DNA of 63,911 nt, counting the filler, from Choristocarpus tenellus KU-1152 (Eukaryota; Protista; Phaeophyceae): assembly GCA_964200185.2 (NCBI GenBank). It is 13 parts of 13 records of this genome, joined end to end, with 100 filler letters (N's around TTAATTAATTAA, not from the genome) between each part and the next. Parts side by side here need not be neighbours in the genome. Positions count along the whole stretch, not along the records: positions 61,358 to 63,911 come from CAXNAD020026823.1; 12 more parts are not named here. One strand, given 5' to 3'. A model generated the notes under the pieces. It saw only the letters and a program-made list of their open reading frames with translations. It was not told the origin of the DNA and did no database searches. Position 1 is the stretch's first letter; every line of letters starts with the position of its first letter. Below, piece by piece: positions 61,600 through 63,911 of this stretch. Both the position numbers and the translations under genes were made by a program.

Positions 61600-62400
61600 T
61601 ACATCCTTGTATAATGTTCAGCCTGAAGTATAGTATTTCACGCCACGATGATGTTACCACTACACACCCATTTCTACGCTTTCATTCCCTTAATTGCAGT
61701 ACACACGGCGTAGAACCTGCACGACTACAGCTCAAAATACGGCAGGAATACATGTTTATGATGATACCGTCACAAACAATTCACAAACACATGAACCCTA
61801 CGAAGGGAATTCGATCTTGGTTGTTTGGTACGGTGTGCCGTACATATTTCAATTCCTGTACCATTCCTGACAATGCAATTGGTCTGCCCCCCCTTTGACG
61901 GCACAACAGTAGAAGAAGTATATTCAAACACTGGACTGTTGTAGGCAAGACCTTGCAAGCATGCCCAGACAGGTATCGCACAAAATTTCAACTCGATATA
62001 CTGCTATGGTTGTACAGCAATATTTTAGGCACTCCAGTACTTACCAGCCTCCCAGTGTGTACTCCAAAACGACACCCCGCACCAACCAAAGAATGCACCT
62101 GGCTACTATAATACTACAATATGTAGCTACCCACTTCCACACACAACTGTGAAGTTTACCCCCATTTAGTGCGAAGAATGGATCATACCCCCGATGTTTG
62201 TTTATGTTGTCCATGCCCGTTTGACAGACAGTACTCTTCATACACAATAACTCATACATATGTGTCGTAGCTATTCGGTACCATTAGTCCAACACCAAAC
62301 AAAGAAAATACCTGGACTGGCCACATCACCTGTGCAAATTTATACTGCTATTTGTGTCAGTATAGAAGGAGAGAAAAGAAAGGGATGGGAGCCTCACACG
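61600..62400 (-). mobile_element. Probable Gypsy integrase C-terminal remnant
   Basis: Minus-strand HRGYDPFFALNG (cf. TGYSPFxxxxG); otherwise degenerate. Confidence 0.35.
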
Positions 62401-63911
62401 ATTGCCCCTTGCTGAACGTGATGAGATGGCTGGAAAGAGAAGAGTGATAATAATGTGGGTAGTGTGTCTTGGCTTAGCATCTGTCGCTCTAGAAGGAATC
62501 ACTAAATCTGAACACTAACAACAAATTCCTAGTTCCTAGAATATTCCATCAAGCATACAGAAAAACACCTTGAACACGTGGACATCAAAACCCAGAATTG
62601 ATTCTCTATTGAATTATCCCGCTAAGCTGTGAACCACGGTCCGGAATGCTTTCGGTTACTTATTACCGAATTACATATATCTTATCCTGCACATTACCAT
62701 TTCCTAATCTCCACTTCCTCCAGTGCTCAAATTCCTCCCATGTTCTCTACAACATACGTATTCCTTTAACAGTTAAAGTCCATAATATAATACCCAATGA
62801 CCCACACAAGTACTGCTATTGTCGTAGCAGGTGCACAACAACAACATGCGAATTGAAAGACATGAGTGGTAGAAATTGCCTGGTTGCTACTGACACTACA
62901 TATCATTGTGGTCTTCTTGTCAAATGAATGACGTAAACTCACACAAATACTCCGACCCGTGAGAAGGGTCGCTGGCTCAGTAAGTACCAGTAGGAGCGTC
63001 ATTACATATCACGTCATGTCACGTCATGCCACGTCCAACAAAGCAATGGACACATCATCATCAACATGAAGAATGCTAGTCATGACTAGTTCATTTACAC
63101 ACTAGTTGTTGCTGTTGAACAACATATTACTCGAGAAGAAAAAAATATCAGGATGGGACTCAGTGCCCTTATCACCGACTTGTGATGGTTCGCACAGTTC
63201 AGGAGGACCAAGATGTCTCCAAGAAACGAATGAAGAGAAAATCTTTAGCGTACGAGTACGAGTATCTCCGAGTGTTCACATACTTATTTGTCTTGAGGTA
63301 TATTCTCCCCACACATGCTTACTTGCAATTGTCCCTAGAAGCACACTGTGGGTGTAGGGAACAAATATGCATCCTACTAGTGGAAGTACACAGACTCATA
63401 GATATTGCAGACATCAAACAGGGGGCGCGATGGATGTAGACGGGGATATCACACCATTCTCTAAATAATAAATAGCTAATTTTGCTAAGCAACCAATGCT
63501 CAACTGCCTTGACTAAGTAAGTGCTGTGACTGGGGCTGCATGTGTCAAGATATTCGCTTCTGTCACTCGGCAAATCTCTCTTTGATGTGTGTTTTGACGT
63601 GTGGCGAACTATGGAAAAAACTGAGCTACAGTGTTGTCTAATCAGCCACTGTCCGGTGGCTGTTTGCTCTTCCAGTTATAGTGACACTATTGTGTGCTTT
63701 TTTCCTCACCTCATGCCTTAGGGAAGAGTTCTACAGTTGAGGGTCAAAGTATTTGGGGGGTGGGGGGTGTCGGCACCTGTTTTTCCCCCTTTTTTGCATC
63801 TCACTTTTTGGGTGTGATTTGGTCGCACGTGTCGGATTTGAAATGTCAGCAAAAAATAGAGTTGTTTGACGGAAACGGAGTCAACCCCTTGCCCCCCCCC
63901 CCAAGAACAAG

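Overview
Eukaryotic, intron-rich, repeat-dense draft DNA, probably a stramenopile such as a brown alga (inferred from gene style, TE families and TTAGGG-type microsatellites; not proven). It is not contiguous: 13 segments are joined by 12 identical 100-nt linkers (N44-TTAATTAATTAA-N44), so adjacency across linkers means little. Recognisable spliced genes: an AKTIP/Fused-toes UBC-variant gene (-), a divergently transcribed PRRC2/BAT2/MOS1-like Gln-rich gene (+), a 5'-truncated XPC/RAD4 (-), three exons of SEC23 (-) and the last exon of a TauE/SafE transporter (-). Most of the rest is decayed TEs: two mariner DD39D-like remnants, hAT, a pogo/Tigger element with a Zn-finger, Copia, several Gypsy pieces, non-LTR RT and RLE fragments, and a possible PIF1/Helitron motif. 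The most striking unexplained structure is a clan of about 27 short non-autonomous elements in four families. They share a 5'-G(N4)AAAGTATC-type terminus and a subterminal TCCATTT motif, and four copies have clean 4-bp target-site duplications (Sola-like by inference). Their TIRs and central hairpin show compensatory changes within single copies, and one copy is inverted at the hairpin. There is also an ~850-bp foldback element and an apparent CpG-rich promoter next to CpG-depleted gene bodies. I found no CRISPR, rRNA, tRNA or intact novel enzyme system.
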